A stretch of DNA of 64,000 bases from a virus (IMGVR_UViG_3300046615_000208:64001-128000), one strand, 5' to 3'; numbered from the stretch's first letter, positions 28,879-38,337 are shown. The notes: generated by a model not told the origin, from the sequence alone. Program-made: numbers and translations.

Positions 28879-29004
28879 TTACAAAACACGCATAGCGGTC
28901 CCAGTTGACACTGGGGCCGCAGGTGTGTATACTGGTAGTAGATGGTAAGCCATTGATATCGGCCCTGTAGCGGGGTCGGGGGGAAGGCCCACCCTAAACG
29001 CGTT

Positions 29005-29067
29005 TCGGCCCATTATTTTTGGGGTCTCCCGGTGACCCTGCCCCGCTCCTTTGCGGCTCCGCTTCAT
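29005..29067 (-). ncRNA. candidate small RNA, ATGAAGC...GGG..ACYRG..GACCC family, copy 1
   Basis: follows TTGCAT promoter; ATGAAGC-N19-GCAGGGTCACCGGGAGACCCCAAAAATAATGGGCC. Confidence 0.5.
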
Positions 29068-29215
29068 ACCTTGATTCTTTCACATTTTTGCGCCGGATGC
29101 AAGTCCGGAGCGTTACAAGAAACGCATTGTGATTTGGGTTTGCATGTGGCGTACGTATGCCGTAGAGTATTCATATCGGGTTCATCCGGAACCCCTCAAG
29201 CCTTGGAGGTCTCCC

Positions 29216-29845
29216 GTGGGCGCACCCCGTATCGGTAACGTTCTGAACGTTCCCACTAAGCGTGTTTATGCCGCTAACCCTAACTCGGCCCGTATCGTGG
29301 ACGTATGGCGGCAGGCTACCGTCTCTGAGCTTGTGGAGGGTATGGAATGGTACAAAGACGCGCACGCGCTCGCCGTCCGTCTCTCCCCTGCTGATCCGGC
29401 GCAGGCCGCTGGCGTTATCGCCGCGCTGTCTCCCATGATGGCATGGGGACAGAATGTCAATCTCGCCGTACGTGCCTATGCGGACGGTAAAGCATCCGGT
29501 GCGCTCTTTAGCAACGTTGCTAAAGCCAACCGTATCCTGTCCGGTGAGCGTCCGGAGGACGTACTGGGCGGCGATAAAGTACGCGCATTCTATGGCGTGA
29601 TCGCTAACCCTACGTCGGATGCGGTTGTCGTTGACCGGCACGCGTTTGACATCGCTGTAGGCCGCGTGACTAACAATGAGACGCGGCAGGCACTGGGCCG
29701 TAAGGGTGTCTATGAATCATTCGCTAGCGCCTATGTGCGGGCAGCTAAGACCATTGCACGTGAGACTGGCATGGATGTATCCGCCAGTCAGGTGCAGGCC
29801 GTTACGTGGACGGTATGGCGCAGGCTCAAGGGACTGGCCGAGTAG
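29216..29845 (+). CDS. conserved phage protein (DUF7178-like, glycosylase-like C-terminal motifs)
   Basis: WYKDAH...AGVIAALSP...W..N...KVRAFY...VVVDRHA...VQAVTW; GGAGG RBS before GTG. Confidence 0.65.
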   Translation: MGAPRIGNVLNVPTKRVYAANPNSARIVDVWRQATVSELVEGMEWYKDAHALAVRLSPADPAQAAGVIAALSPMMAWGQNVNLAVRAYADGKASGALFSNVAKANRILSGERPEDVLGGDKVRAFYGVIANPTSDAVVVDRHAFDIAVGRVTNNETRQALGRKGVYESFASAYVRAAKTIARETGMDVSASQVQAVTWTVWRRLKGLAE

Positions 29846-29940
29846 TTACAAGAAACGCATAGGCGGCAGGACTAGACACCCTGCCGCTTATGCCATAGAC
29901 TTTATTCATCGGAACAATCCGAATCACTTAGGAGGCCACC

Positions 29941-30300
29941 ATGGCAAGCATCGCAGAAACTCTTCTCACTCGCACGGCACGCGACGGCGGCGTGACTGTC
30001 TCACTCGTTAGCGGCGACGTTGCCGCCCACACATCGGGCTTCTACGTCGGCGGACGCGTCACTGAGACGCTGGTGACGGACCCCTCAGACATCGGTGACT
30101 ACCTGTCTGCCGTCTCCACCATTACGCGGCGTGCTGGCGGCGTAGGCTACATCGGCGCATGGAAGAACCACGAAACGGGTATGGTGCACGTGGATGCATC
30201 GGATCACGTGGAAGACTTCGGTTCCGCCGTACGGATCGCGCAGGAGCGCGGCGAACTGGCGATTTGGGAGATCGCTGGCGGGACCGAATTCCGGCTCTAG
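29941..30300 (+). CDS. hypothetical protein (paralog of 41062..41493)
   Basis: GGVT...G(F/Y)YV...GxW...A...ER..LA(I/V)W. Confidence 0.8.
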   Translation: MASIAETLLTRTARDGGVTVSLVSGDVAAHTSGFYVGGRVTETLVTDPSDIGDYLSAVSTITRRAGGVGYIGAWKNHETGMVHVDASDHVEDFGSAVRIAQERGELAIWEIAGGTEFRL

Positions 30301-30398
30301 TTACAAGAAACGCATAGCGGGTTGGCTTGCGGACGGTAAGCCAACCTGCTAATCTTGAACCATAAGCAAGGCCCAACAAACCAAAAGGGAGTTACAAA

Positions 30399-30674
30399 AT
30401 GCGCGTTGTAAAAGAAACTGCACTCATTGGGGAAGCCATGTTTTTTCTGGCCGCTCGCTCCAAGGCTGTCGGCGGCGTTACGGCAGGCGTGGAGTCTGCC
30501 AGTAACGACAAGGTACCGGCCAAATTCCACGGCGAGTACGTGGTGACGGGCAACGGCGGACGTTGGGAGTGTACCAACCTTGTTCGGGCCGTGGTGACGC
30601 TTAGGAGCGTCCGGAATGCCGAGAACCTGTGGCAGATCAAGGACGGCAAGCGGACGCGTCTGGCGTACAGCTAG
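30399..30674 (+). CDS. hypothetical protein
   Basis: cassette gene. Confidence 0.7.
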   Translation: MRVVKETALIGEAMFFLAARSKAVGGVTAGVESASNDKVPAKFHGEYVVTGNGGRWECTNLVRAVVTLRSVRNAENLWQIKDGKRTRLAYS

Positions 30675-30759
30675 CGGTTACAAAAAACGCATACGGGCAG
30701 GACTAGACACCCTGCCCGTATGCGGGTAAGCTTGGACCATACCAACCGAAAGGAACACA

Positions 30760-30921
30760 ATGAAAGACTTTTCTGAGCTTATGGTTGCAGTTCTTGCCAT
30801 ATTCCCCGAAGCTACGGTGGAACAGGATCGATACGGGCAGATAGTGATCCACACTAACCTTACCGAAGACGGTAAGGGTGGTTTCGCACCGTTTCAGGTA
30901 CTGGAAGAGTACGGCGACTAA
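30760..30921 (+). CDS. small hypothetical protein
   Basis: AAAGGA RBS; stop overlaps motif. Confidence 0.6.
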   Translation: MKDFSELMVAVLAIFPEATVEQDRYGQIVIHTNLTEDGKGGFAPFQVLEEYGD

Positions 30922-31012
30922 CTACAAAAAACGCTTAGGGATAGGACTTGCATCTAGCGGTCCCATCCCCTAGAATTGAAGTATCAGCCAAACAACGGGA
31001 GAGGAACCCAAA

Positions 31013-31216
31013 ATGGATTGGATCACTGTAACACCGGCTTACGGACGCGACTACAAGAACCAGAAGGACGCGGCGGCAGACTGGAACGCCAATCTCGATT
31101 TCCGCGAAACATCCACCGGCCAGTACACAAACAAGGCCGACTGCCAGCGGATGGGAAAGAAGGTCATCATCCGCTACGGGAAGCTCATGAAGACCATGCA
31201 GGCCCCAATGAAGTAG
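31013..31216 (+). CDS. hypothetical protein
   Basis: TPAYGRDYK...ADW...DF; GAGGA RBS. Confidence 0.75.
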   Translation: MDWITVTPAYGRDYKNQKDAAADWNANLDFRETSTGQYTNKADCQRMGKKVIIRYGKLMKTMQAPMK

Positions 31217-31224
31217 CCGACTTA

Positions 31225-31260
31225 CAAAAGACGCTTAGCCGAAAGGCTAAGCGTCTTTTG
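31225..31260 (+). terminator. terminator hairpin built from the repeat motif
   Basis: CAAAAGACGCTTAGCC-GAAA-GGCTAAGCGTCTTTTG. Confidence 0.8.
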
Positions 31261-31437
31261 CGTGTTGCGGCCTAAAAAATAAGGCCAGACTCGGCCTTCC
31301 CCGCCACCCGTCTCAGGGCGGCTATCATGTGGGCCTTCCGGCTTAATACAAGCTTAGCACCTATCGGATGCGGATGCAAGCCTACAAAAAACGCATTGGG
31401 TGTTGCGGATGCGCTCGCATGCGTGTACGCTTAGGGT

Positions 31438-31620
31438 ATGGCAACCCAACTAGACATGGTACAGCGTATGTTCGCTAATGGCGGCGTGACCTGTCCCATC
31501 AGTGGCGACAGGATCGCTACGGCTAAGTCTGACCCTCCCAAGCTGTCAGAGATAGTTGACTGGGAAGCGGATTCATACTACCGTGGAGTAGGGCAACCCA
31601 AAGAGACAGTTAGGAGCTAG
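31438..31620 (+). CDS. hypothetical protein
   Basis: leaderless after TACGCT. Confidence 0.55.
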   Translation: MATQLDMVQRMFANGGVTCPISGDRIATAKSDPPKLSEIVDWEADSYYRGVGQPKETVRS

Positions 31621-31624
31621 GACA

Positions 31625-31909
31625 ATGGCAAACTACACGCGGACCCAGTTTACTCGACTCGGAGACTTCGGAGTCTCGGAGGAATGGCGTACGGAGACAC
31701 AGCCCAGCGCCACGCTGGCGTACGTGGATCACTACAACGGCGCTATCAGTACCGCGCAGGTTTTCGACCCCGCTACGGGTCACACGCGGACGTACCCGTT
31801 CCGTTCCAAGGATCGGGCAATGGCCATTGTGGAGCGTCACCTAGAACGCAATGGTTACAAAAAATGCGTAGAGTTCCGCGACTTGACAGGCAATGTCTCG
31901 GAGTACTAA
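31625..31909 (+). CDS. hypothetical protein
   Basis: AGGAG RBS. Confidence 0.7.
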   Translation: MANYTRTQFTRLGDFGVSEEWRTETQPSATLAYVDHYNGAISTAQVFDPATGHTRTYPFRSKDRAMAIVERHLERNGYKKCVEFRDLTGNVSEY

Positions 31910-31941
31910 GCTCTAAGTGACAACCACCTAGGAGGCGGACC

Positions 31942-32256
31942 ATGGCACGCAAACCACGCGCTAGCGAAGTAGCTACAAGAAACGCATTCTTGGATTATTT
32001 GGAGTCGTTGGAGACTCGCGCCACGGATGAGATTTGCGGCGTCTGGTACAACCGTCTGGGAGCCTCTAAGCATGCGGCAGGGGAATTGTGCCAGTGGGAT
32101 ATGTTCAGCCGCCCATGGTGCCACGTAGCGCGTTACGCGTCCGAAGAGCTTACGGAGTGGTTCGCTCGCAATGGCCGGATGACGTTTTCCGAGTGGCGCG
32201 AAAGTGAGCGCGAATTCATGCGGGAACAGTTTGACATGTACGCACAAAGCGCGTAG
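31942..32256 (+). CDS. hypothetical protein
   Basis: AGGAGG RBS; YASEEL..WF....RMTF.EW. Confidence 0.75.
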   Translation: MARKPRASEVATRNAFLDYLESLETRATDEICGVWYNRLGASKHAAGELCQWDMFSRPWCHVARYASEELTEWFARNGRMTFSEWRESEREFMREQFDMYAQSA

Positions 32257-32434
32257 TCTTTAGGTATCAGTTCAACCAACTTAGGAGTCGGTCATGGAAA
32301 AGGAAGAACCCAGCTACATGATGTTTGCAAGGGCAAACGTGCGGGACGGGTACCAAACGTCACCCCGAGTAGTCCGCGAACTACTCGCCCGAATTGACCG
32401 GCTCGAATCTACAAAAGACGCTTAGGAGAAGATC

Positions 32435-32617
32435 ATGGACACGAAAGAAATGGGCACATCGGACCTTGTACGGGAGTTCGCAGACATCAAGTGCGAAGGT
32501 GTACGGCGAGCGTTCAAGGGTGAACGCGTGACCAGCGCCGAACACTCTCGGCTCTGTGATGTTGTCCACGAACTGCGCGTCCGTGGTGTGCTTGACAGAG
32601 GCACACCTGCCCTGTAG
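32435..32617 (+). CDS. hypothetical protein
   Basis: AGGAG RBS. Confidence 0.65.
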   Translation: MDTKEMGTSDLVREFADIKCEGVRRAFKGERVTSAEHSRLCDVVHELRVRGVLDRGTPAL

Positions 32618-32658
32618 GCTCTAGGTAACAACCAAACACAACGGCTTAGGAGGCCACA

Positions 32659-33042
32659 GTGAACCACGATCTTACCACCGAAGAGGGACGCATCGAGGCG
32701 GCGAAGGAAGCAGGCCGTAACATCGCGGCCTACGAAATCCGTAGCGGGTACACGCTACTACGTGACTGGAACAAGGACGACGTACAGAACGCACGCGCAT
32801 TCTCTCACCTTGCCGCCGTTGGGTTTACCCGTGCGGGTACGCGGATGTTCTCGCAGACGTTCGTGGACGCCTACAGGGCTGAATTCATCCGCCTGCGGCT
32901 GGAACACCTGCGCGGAATTCTGAGGGCTGAGAGCATCAGCTACGGCGAACTGGTGGAGCTTCAGGGACTGGCTGAACACATCCAGCCGGGAGACGTGGAA
33001 CTGTTGGAGGCGGCAGGGGTTCCGGAGTTCCCGGAAGACTAA
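32659..33042 (+). CDS. hypothetical protein
   Basis: AGGAGG RBS. Confidence 0.75.
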   Translation: MNHDLTTEEGRIEAAKEAGRNIAAYEIRSGYTLLRDWNKDDVQNARAFSHLAAVGFTRAGTRMFSQTFVDAYRAEFIRLRLEHLRGILRAESISYGELVELQGLAEHIQPGDVELLEAAGVPEFPED

Positions 33043-33132
33043 GCGTTTTTTGTAAGGGAGCCGGTGTTGACAGCATCGGCTCCCTTGCACTAGATTAGGT
33101 ATTACAAACCAACTAGTCCACAGGAGGACATC

Positions 33133-33531
33133 ATGGCAAAGCTCATCAAGCTGGACAACCAGACCATCAACGAACTGTTGGAAAGCCTGAAGCTCGTTGC
33201 GGGACAGAGCGGAGACTGGCGCGGAGTGCTGGACGGCGCAATCGACACCGTGGAGTCGTGGGCTGAGGCCACGGACGTACCGGAGCGCGTGATCTTCCGG
33301 AAGTTCCCCCACAACGGGGAAGTGATCGCCCTGTTCCCCGACCAGTACAACGAGCGGAACGGTAACATCGGGAGCTACATGCACAACGGACAGCACGCGG
33401 AAACGGCTCCCGACTTCGGAGACACCAAGCCTGCGGAGGCGCACGAGTACTACCACCTACAGCAGGAACTCATCCGGCAGGGATACCACAACCTGCGGAT
33501 CGTGAAGCGCTTCGGCAAGCTGGGCAAATAG
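33133..33531 (+). CDS. hypothetical protein
   Basis: AGGAGG RBS; VIFRK..EVIALFP..SYMHNGQH. Confidence 0.8.
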   Translation: MAKLIKLDNQTINELLESLKLVAGQSGDWRGVLDGAIDTVESWAEATDVPERVIFRKFPHNGEVIALFPDQYNERNGNIGSYMHNGQHAETAPDFGDTKPAEAHEYYHLQQELIRQGYHNLRIVKRFGKLGK

Positions 33532-33624
33532 TTACAAAAAACGCATACAGTCTAGGATTTGTGTCCTAGGCCGTATGCGTGTAGTCTTTAGGTATCGGTT
33601 CATCAACGGCTTAGGAGGCCCACC

Positions 33625-34095
33625 ATGGTACACATGCTCACCATCAAGGATTTGGAAACCCGTTCGGACGGTACCTACTACACCGGACCACTGGAAGAGG
33701 CTAAGGCTTTCATCCACGACTGGATCGCCTCAACGGAGGCCCGATACAGCGACAAGAACGGGGAGGACAAGTACACCGTCCTGCTGGCCTACAGCGCTCC
33801 GAATGGCGAGATGGTGGAGACTGCCAACTACGACGAGTACGGGACCGGGAGGACCATGGAAGAGGCGTGGCGGTATGCTCTGGGCGCAGAGTTCGGTCCT
33901 GCCGACGACGAGTTCAACGCGTTCCCGCTGACACACGACAAGCGTGAAGCTGTCGCGGCCATGGTGGAACACCACTTCCCGGAACGTCTGGACACATTCT
34001 ACTCGGAGAGTACGGGACTGGCCGCAGTCGAGGACACGGATGGGAACATGTGGCGCGTATGGCCGGATGGGGACATTGAGGTCTACCGGCGCTAG
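33625..34095 (+). CDS. acidic hypothetical protein
   Basis: AGGAGG RBS; cassette. Confidence 0.8.
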   Translation: MVHMLTIKDLETRSDGTYYTGPLEEAKAFIHDWIASTEARYSDKNGEDKYTVLLAYSAPNGEMVETANYDEYGTGRTMEEAWRYALGAEFGPADDEFNAFPLTHDKREAVAAMVEHHFPERLDTFYSESTGLAAVEDTDGNMWRVWPDGDIEVYRR

Positions 34096-34189
34096 GTTAC
34101 AAAAAACGCATATCGGGTGGGATTTGCATCCTGCCCGATATGCGTGTAATCTTTAGGTACAAGGTAAGAACAACGGCTAGGAGGCCACC

Positions 34190-34435
34190 ATGAACAAGGC
34201 AAAAGCACTCAAGGTTCTGGCAGAGGTTGAAGAGCAGTTCAAGCTCTACATCGAAGCAGGGTACCCGCAACCGAACCTGCGGGACGCGGACCATGAGGAA
34301 CTGCCCAAGGGTTCATGGTCCATCGATTGGGAGGACGGTCCCGACGAATGGTGCTACGCAATGCCTGCGTCGAAGATTCCCGGTGTGTTCGTGGAACCGA
34401 TCATGTCGTTCATTCTCGGAGTCTACGACGACTAA
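34190..34435 (+). CDS. hypothetical protein
   Basis: AGGAGG RBS. Confidence 0.75.
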   Translation: MNKAKALKVLAEVEEQFKLYIEAGYPQPNLRDADHEELPKGSWSIDWEDGPDEWCYAMPASKIPGVFVEPIMSFILGVYDD

Positions 34436-34494
34436 GACACCCTGAGAGGCCCTAGGAACCGCCTAGGGTCTCTCACTACCTGAGAGGCTACACA

Positions 34495-34710
34495 ATGTCC
34501 GCAAAGACGCTTACAAAGGCCGTAGCGATACGGGAAGGCTTGGCAGACTTCCAAGAGCAGGAACGGGAGGCGTGGCGGGCCTATGAAGAGGCTAACGCGT
34601 GCCACTGTTGCTGTTGTACCGGAGAGTGCTCCTACGCGTTCCAAGAGTCCACACCGGAGGAACAGGAAGCGTGGATGCGGAACTACTGGGACTGGTGGGA
34701 GAACCGATAG
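34495..34710 (+). CDS. Cys-rich small protein
   Basis: CHCCCCTGEC. Confidence 0.65.
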   Translation: MSAKTLTKAVAIREGLADFQEQEREAWRAYEEANACHCCCCTGECSYAFQESTPEEQEAWMRNYWDWWENR

Positions 34711-34813
34711 TTACAAAAACCGCTTAGGCCGGTGGACTTGTGTCCATCGGCCATAGCGGGTAGAATCGTAGTATCGGGAACAAAGGGTTCCCCTGAAACC
34801 TTAGGAGGCTACA

Positions 34814-35047
34814 ATGGCAACACCACAGCATGCGGTCAAGGTAACACCGGCAGTAGTGGCACAGCGTTTTGCAATGGTGGAAAACGCGCCCACGGCTCCC
34901 ACAATCAACGGAAACCCTGCCAAGGTGTCCGGGTTCGCAAACCGGTTCGCGACGGTCACAGACAGCTTCACAGGCCTCTCTGCCGAGTGGTCTTGGGAGT
35001 CCGTCGAGCATGTAGTGAACAACCGGTTCGCGGCGTTCAAGGCATGA
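34814..35047 (+). CDS. hypothetical protein
   Basis: AGGAGG RBS. Confidence 0.75.
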   Translation: MATPQHAVKVTPAVVAQRFAMVENAPTAPTINGNPAKVSGFANRFATVTDSFTGLSAEWSWESVEHVVNNRFAAFKA

Positions 35048-35181
35048 TCACGGTCACGGTCACATTCAAGGATGGGTCAGTAGACAACTGGTCTACCACC
35101 TTGGATTACGCGGTACATCTCACCGGCCAGTTGCTCATCGATCCGGACATTGTGGACGTGAGGCTATCGCGTCACGGATAG
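35044..35181 (+). CDS. small hypothetical protein
   Basis: ATGA overlap; stop overlaps motif. Confidence 0.55.
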   Translation: MITVTVTFKDGSVDNWSTTLDYAVHLTGQLLIDPDIVDVRLSRHG

Positions 35182-35271
35182 TTACAAGAAACGCATAGCG
35201 GCTAGGACTTGCACCTAGCGGCTTTTGCGTGTAACCTTGAGGTATCAAGTCAAGCACTCAAGGGAGACACA

Positions 35272-35442
35272 ATGAACTTCGAAGCCGGAACCAAAGTCGA
35301 AATCCTCGAACGCGGCGCATGGGTAGGCCCGTTTGTCGTAACGCCTCATACGGCACGTACCGCCGATCATCTGGTACTCACCGGACCTAGCGGACTCTTC
35401 GAAGTCTACAACGACGCACCGTTCAACATCCGTAAGGCTTAG
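35272..35442 (+). CDS. small hypothetical protein
   Basis: AAGGGAG RBS; cassette. Confidence 0.7.
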   Translation: MNFEAGTKVEILERGAWVGPFVVTPHTARTADHLVLTGPSGLFEVYNDAPFNIRKA

Positions 35443-35539
35443 TTACAAAAACCGCTTAGGCCCTAGGACTTGCACCTAGGGCCTTAGGCGTGTAATGTTG
35501 TTCTTAGAGGGAGAGAGGGACTCTTCCGGATAGGGCACC

Positions 35540-35725
35540 ATGGAACTCTACAAGATCACCACAGCGGTCAAGGTCACTGAAAACCTCACGTGGGACCGCG
35601 TGTGTGACATTCTGGCAGTCTCCGACGATGGAGACGCGTGGGGCGCTCACGAGTGGCTCGAAGAGCGTGGAGAGTACCCGTTCCTGTCCGCCTACGGCGA
35701 CCAGATGATCCTGACTCGCATGTAG
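35540..35725 (+). CDS. hypothetical protein
   Basis: cassette gene. Confidence 0.7.
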   Translation: MELYKITTAVKVTENLTWDRVCDILAVSDDGDAWGAHEWLEERGEYPFLSAYGDQMILTRM

Positions 35726-35827
35726 GTTACAAAAACCGCTTAGGGAGTCGGACTTGCATCCGGCTCCCCTAGCGGGTAAGCTTTAGGTAATGGAGCAACC
35801 GGCTCCCGGAAGTCCTAGGAGGACACA

Positions 35828-36091
35828 ATGGGTTACATGGAAGAATCAGACCGCCTCGAAGAAGCAGCGAACAAGAACCCGCTCAAAGAAGGCGTAGTCG
35901 GAAGCAAGCTCGTTGCGTACTTCGAGAACCTTGACGGACGCGTAGCGGTCGATGCCGAGTCCATCGAACACGTGGGCGTGGCCCAGCACGACTACAAGAT
36001 CACCTTCGAGGGTGGACTCGTTCAGGCCTACCGCGTGACGTTCGCGGACGGCATGAGCTCCGAGATTCTGGACGCAACGCCGCTCAACTAG
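35828..36091 (+). CDS. hypothetical protein
   Basis: AGGAGG RBS; cassette. Confidence 0.75.
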   Translation: MGYMEESDRLEEAANKNPLKEGVVGSKLVAYFENLDGRVAVDAESIEHVGVAQHDYKITFEGGLVQAYRVTFADGMSSEILDATPLN

Positions 36092-36186
36092 TTACAAAAA
36101 CCGCTTAGGGTCCGGACTAGACATTCGGACCCTAAGCCGGTAGACTCATCACAACGGAACAATCCGGAAACCAAAAGGAGCAAGTC

Positions 36187-36474
36187 ATGAAGTCGGTAAT
36201 CACCAAGCTGGAAGTCTCGGAGCGTCTGCTGGGCGTGGATCGCTACGAACTGGAAGTCAAGGGCCAAAAGGCCCACAACACCATCGTGGAACTCCACACG
36301 GACATCAACACCGGAGACCGCCACGTCTTCGTCCAGACGCCGGTAAACGGCGGCCTGACGCCGTCCACGGCTGATGCAGTCGCTCGACGCCTCATCGACG
36401 GTGCACGGAAGTACGCGGGAAACCACGTGACACCCGCCAGCGTGGTACGGGTTGGACGCTACGCGGCCAGCTAG
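36187..36474 (+). CDS. hypothetical protein
   Basis: AAGGAG RBS; cassette. Confidence 0.75.
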   Translation: MKSVITKLEVSERLLGVDRYELEVKGQKAHNTIVELHTDINTGDRHVFVQTPVNGGLTPSTADAVARRLIDGARKYAGNHVTPASVVRVGRYAAS

Positions 36475-36568
36475 TTACAAAACACGCGTAGAGCCTCGGA
36501 CTTGTGTCTGAGGCTCTTTGCGTGTAAGCTCTAAGTATCGGAACAATCCGAAGACGAAAGGCAAGACA

Positions 36569-36826
36569 ATGAACATCAAGCTCATTCACAACATCGTGGA
36601 CATGACCCAGATGCACGGATTCGGCAACGATTTCTCGCTGGTCTACGGCTTCGATAACGGCACCAAGATGGCCGTATCGCGTAACCCCATGACAGGTGGA
36701 CACAAGGCCGGTTTCATGGCCGTCCTGCCCTACGACAAGGCCGGTAACCAGATTGACGAGCGTGCCGAGTCGTGGCTCACCCCGCAGGAAGTCGCGGAGA
36801 AGATGGAAATCCTCGCCAGCGAGTAG
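36569..36826 (+). CDS. hypothetical protein
   Basis: AAAGG RBS; cassette. Confidence 0.75.
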   Translation: MNIKLIHNIVDMTQMHGFGNDFSLVYGFDNGTKMAVSRNPMTGGHKAGFMAVLPYDKAGNQIDERAESWLTPQEVAEKMEILASE

Positions 36827-36909
36827 TTACAAGAAACGCGTAGGGCCTAAGTTGACTTCGGTCAGCTTAGGCCTTATGCTTGTAGTACACACCAACGAAA
36901 GAGGAAACC

Positions 36910-37116
36910 ATGGCTCGCTACTCCACTCCAGCAACTCGCGCCTACGCTCGTGACAAGGCCGAAATCATCGGCGCGGCTGAGCGCGTGATCTACGGCGAAA
37001 TCCTCGACTTTGTCCTGCGGGTAGGCAGGCACAAGGCTACGCCGTTCCTCGCCGTACTGGGCGGGTTCGCGTACATCATCTTTGGTCACGGGCTTGTGAA
37101 CTCCATAAACCTGTGA
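36910..37116 (+). CDS. small protein with C-terminal TM
   Basis: GAGGA RBS. Confidence 0.65.
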   Translation: MARYSTPATRAYARDKAEIIGAAERVIYGEILDFVLRVGRHKATPFLAVLGGFAYIIFGHGLVNSINL

Positions 37117-37393
37117 TACAATAAACTCACAGACATACACTGAAGCCTCCGGAGATGACCACCAAATCTCTCCGGAGGCTTCGCCAATTGTGGGATAGTT
37201 GGCTTACAAAAAACGCGTAGCGGATAGGTTTGCATTCCGGCGCAAAGGTGGTAAGCTTAGAACATGGAAGGGGAGGTTAGGAGCCTCCACCCGCCAGACT
37301 AAGAATCTGGGGGTTCGGGAAGTGATCGCCCACCGATCACCGGCAGGCCAGTCCGCAACTGGCCGTATAACTCAACAGTGAAAGGTGGACACC

Positions 37394-37603
37394 ATGGTAG
37401 AAGTTCCCATGGAAGAGGCTGACGTTCTGGAACAGGTCAAGGCCAAGACGGGAGCGGTAGACGCGAAGGTGTCTGGGAGGCCCACAAACTGGGTCTGGTC
37501 GGTCCTGCTGGCATTCCCGGATGGTCCGGACGCCTACACGTTCCAGACGCGTCTGGTGGACGTAGAAGGCCCTGAGATTCGGTTCGTCGGCTTCGACTTC
37601 TAG
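37394..37603 (+). CDS. hypothetical protein
   Basis: stop overlaps motif. Confidence 0.7.
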   Translation: MVEVPMEEADVLEQVKAKTGAVDAKVSGRPTNWVWSVLLAFPDGPDAYTFQTRLVDVEGPEIRFVGFDF

Positions 37604-37712
37604 TTACAAAAAGCGCATAGCCTGTCTTCGGACAGGCTATTTGCATTTGGGCGCAAAGGTGGTAAGCTTATTCCATAAGCAGTTCACAACTCCACAGAGA
37701 AAAGAGAGACCA

Positions 37713-37919
37713 GTGAAGGTTTTCTTCGAAGCACTTGTCGATGGACAGTACGTCAACCAGAAGCGCCTCGCGGATATCCCGGATGAGAAAGCTTACGCTA
37801 GGGCGGCTAAGGCCTACCCGAACGATCCGGACTACGTGGAGGAAATGCTCGACGGACGCGGCTACATCACCATCAAGGGCCACAACTGCCGGTTCACTTA
37901 CCAGCAGGACAGCCTCTAG
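37713..37919 (+). CDS. hypothetical protein
   Basis: cassette gene. Confidence 0.7.
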   Translation: MKVFFEALVDGQYVNQKRLADIPDEKAYARAAKAYPNDPDYVEEMLDGRGYITIKGHNCRFTYQQDSL

Positions 37920-38022
37920 TTACAAATAGCGCATAGGGCCTCTACGGAGGCCCTATTTGCATTTGGGCGCAAAGGTGGTATCGTTGAGTTATCGGCAAGG
38001 GTTGCCGGTGAGAGAGGGAACC

Positions 38023-38337
38023 ATGGACAAGTACACGACTGAAGCTCTGGAAGCTGCGAAGAACAGCACTAGCTCGATGAGCGCGGGGGATCGCAACGCC
38101 GCTCCCTACCTGCTCAAGCTGGACACTGTGGAGCAGCGTAAGCGTGCTGTAGGGGACGCGCACACTCGGATGAACCTCATGGGGTTCCGCTACTCCGAAG
38201 CTGTCTACCACTCCGTTAGTGACCTGCTGAAGAACATTGCCGCAGGGGAAGAGGACAAGCCACTCTATGGCGAAGCCACTGCGAAGAAGTACCGGGACGC
38301 GGAAAACGAACGCCGGAAGCTGGAACGCGGCTACTGA
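38023..38337 (+). CDS. hypothetical protein
   Basis: GAGGG RBS; last gene of the + arm. Confidence 0.75.
   Translation: MDKYTTEALEAAKNSTSSMSAGDRNAAPYLLKLDTVEQRKRAVGDAHTRMNLMGFRYSEAVYHSVSDLLKNIAAGEEDKPLYGEATAKKYRDAENERRKLERGY

Noticed and set aside
28879-29067. 62-aa - strand ORF starting MKRSRKG
   Set aside because: Its start is one of four nucleotide-conserved ATGAAGC units whose frames differ, so it is better explained as non-coding RNA
29941-30300. SAM lyase (T3 SAMase) assignment
   Set aside because: Early location fits, but I could not match the characteristic residues
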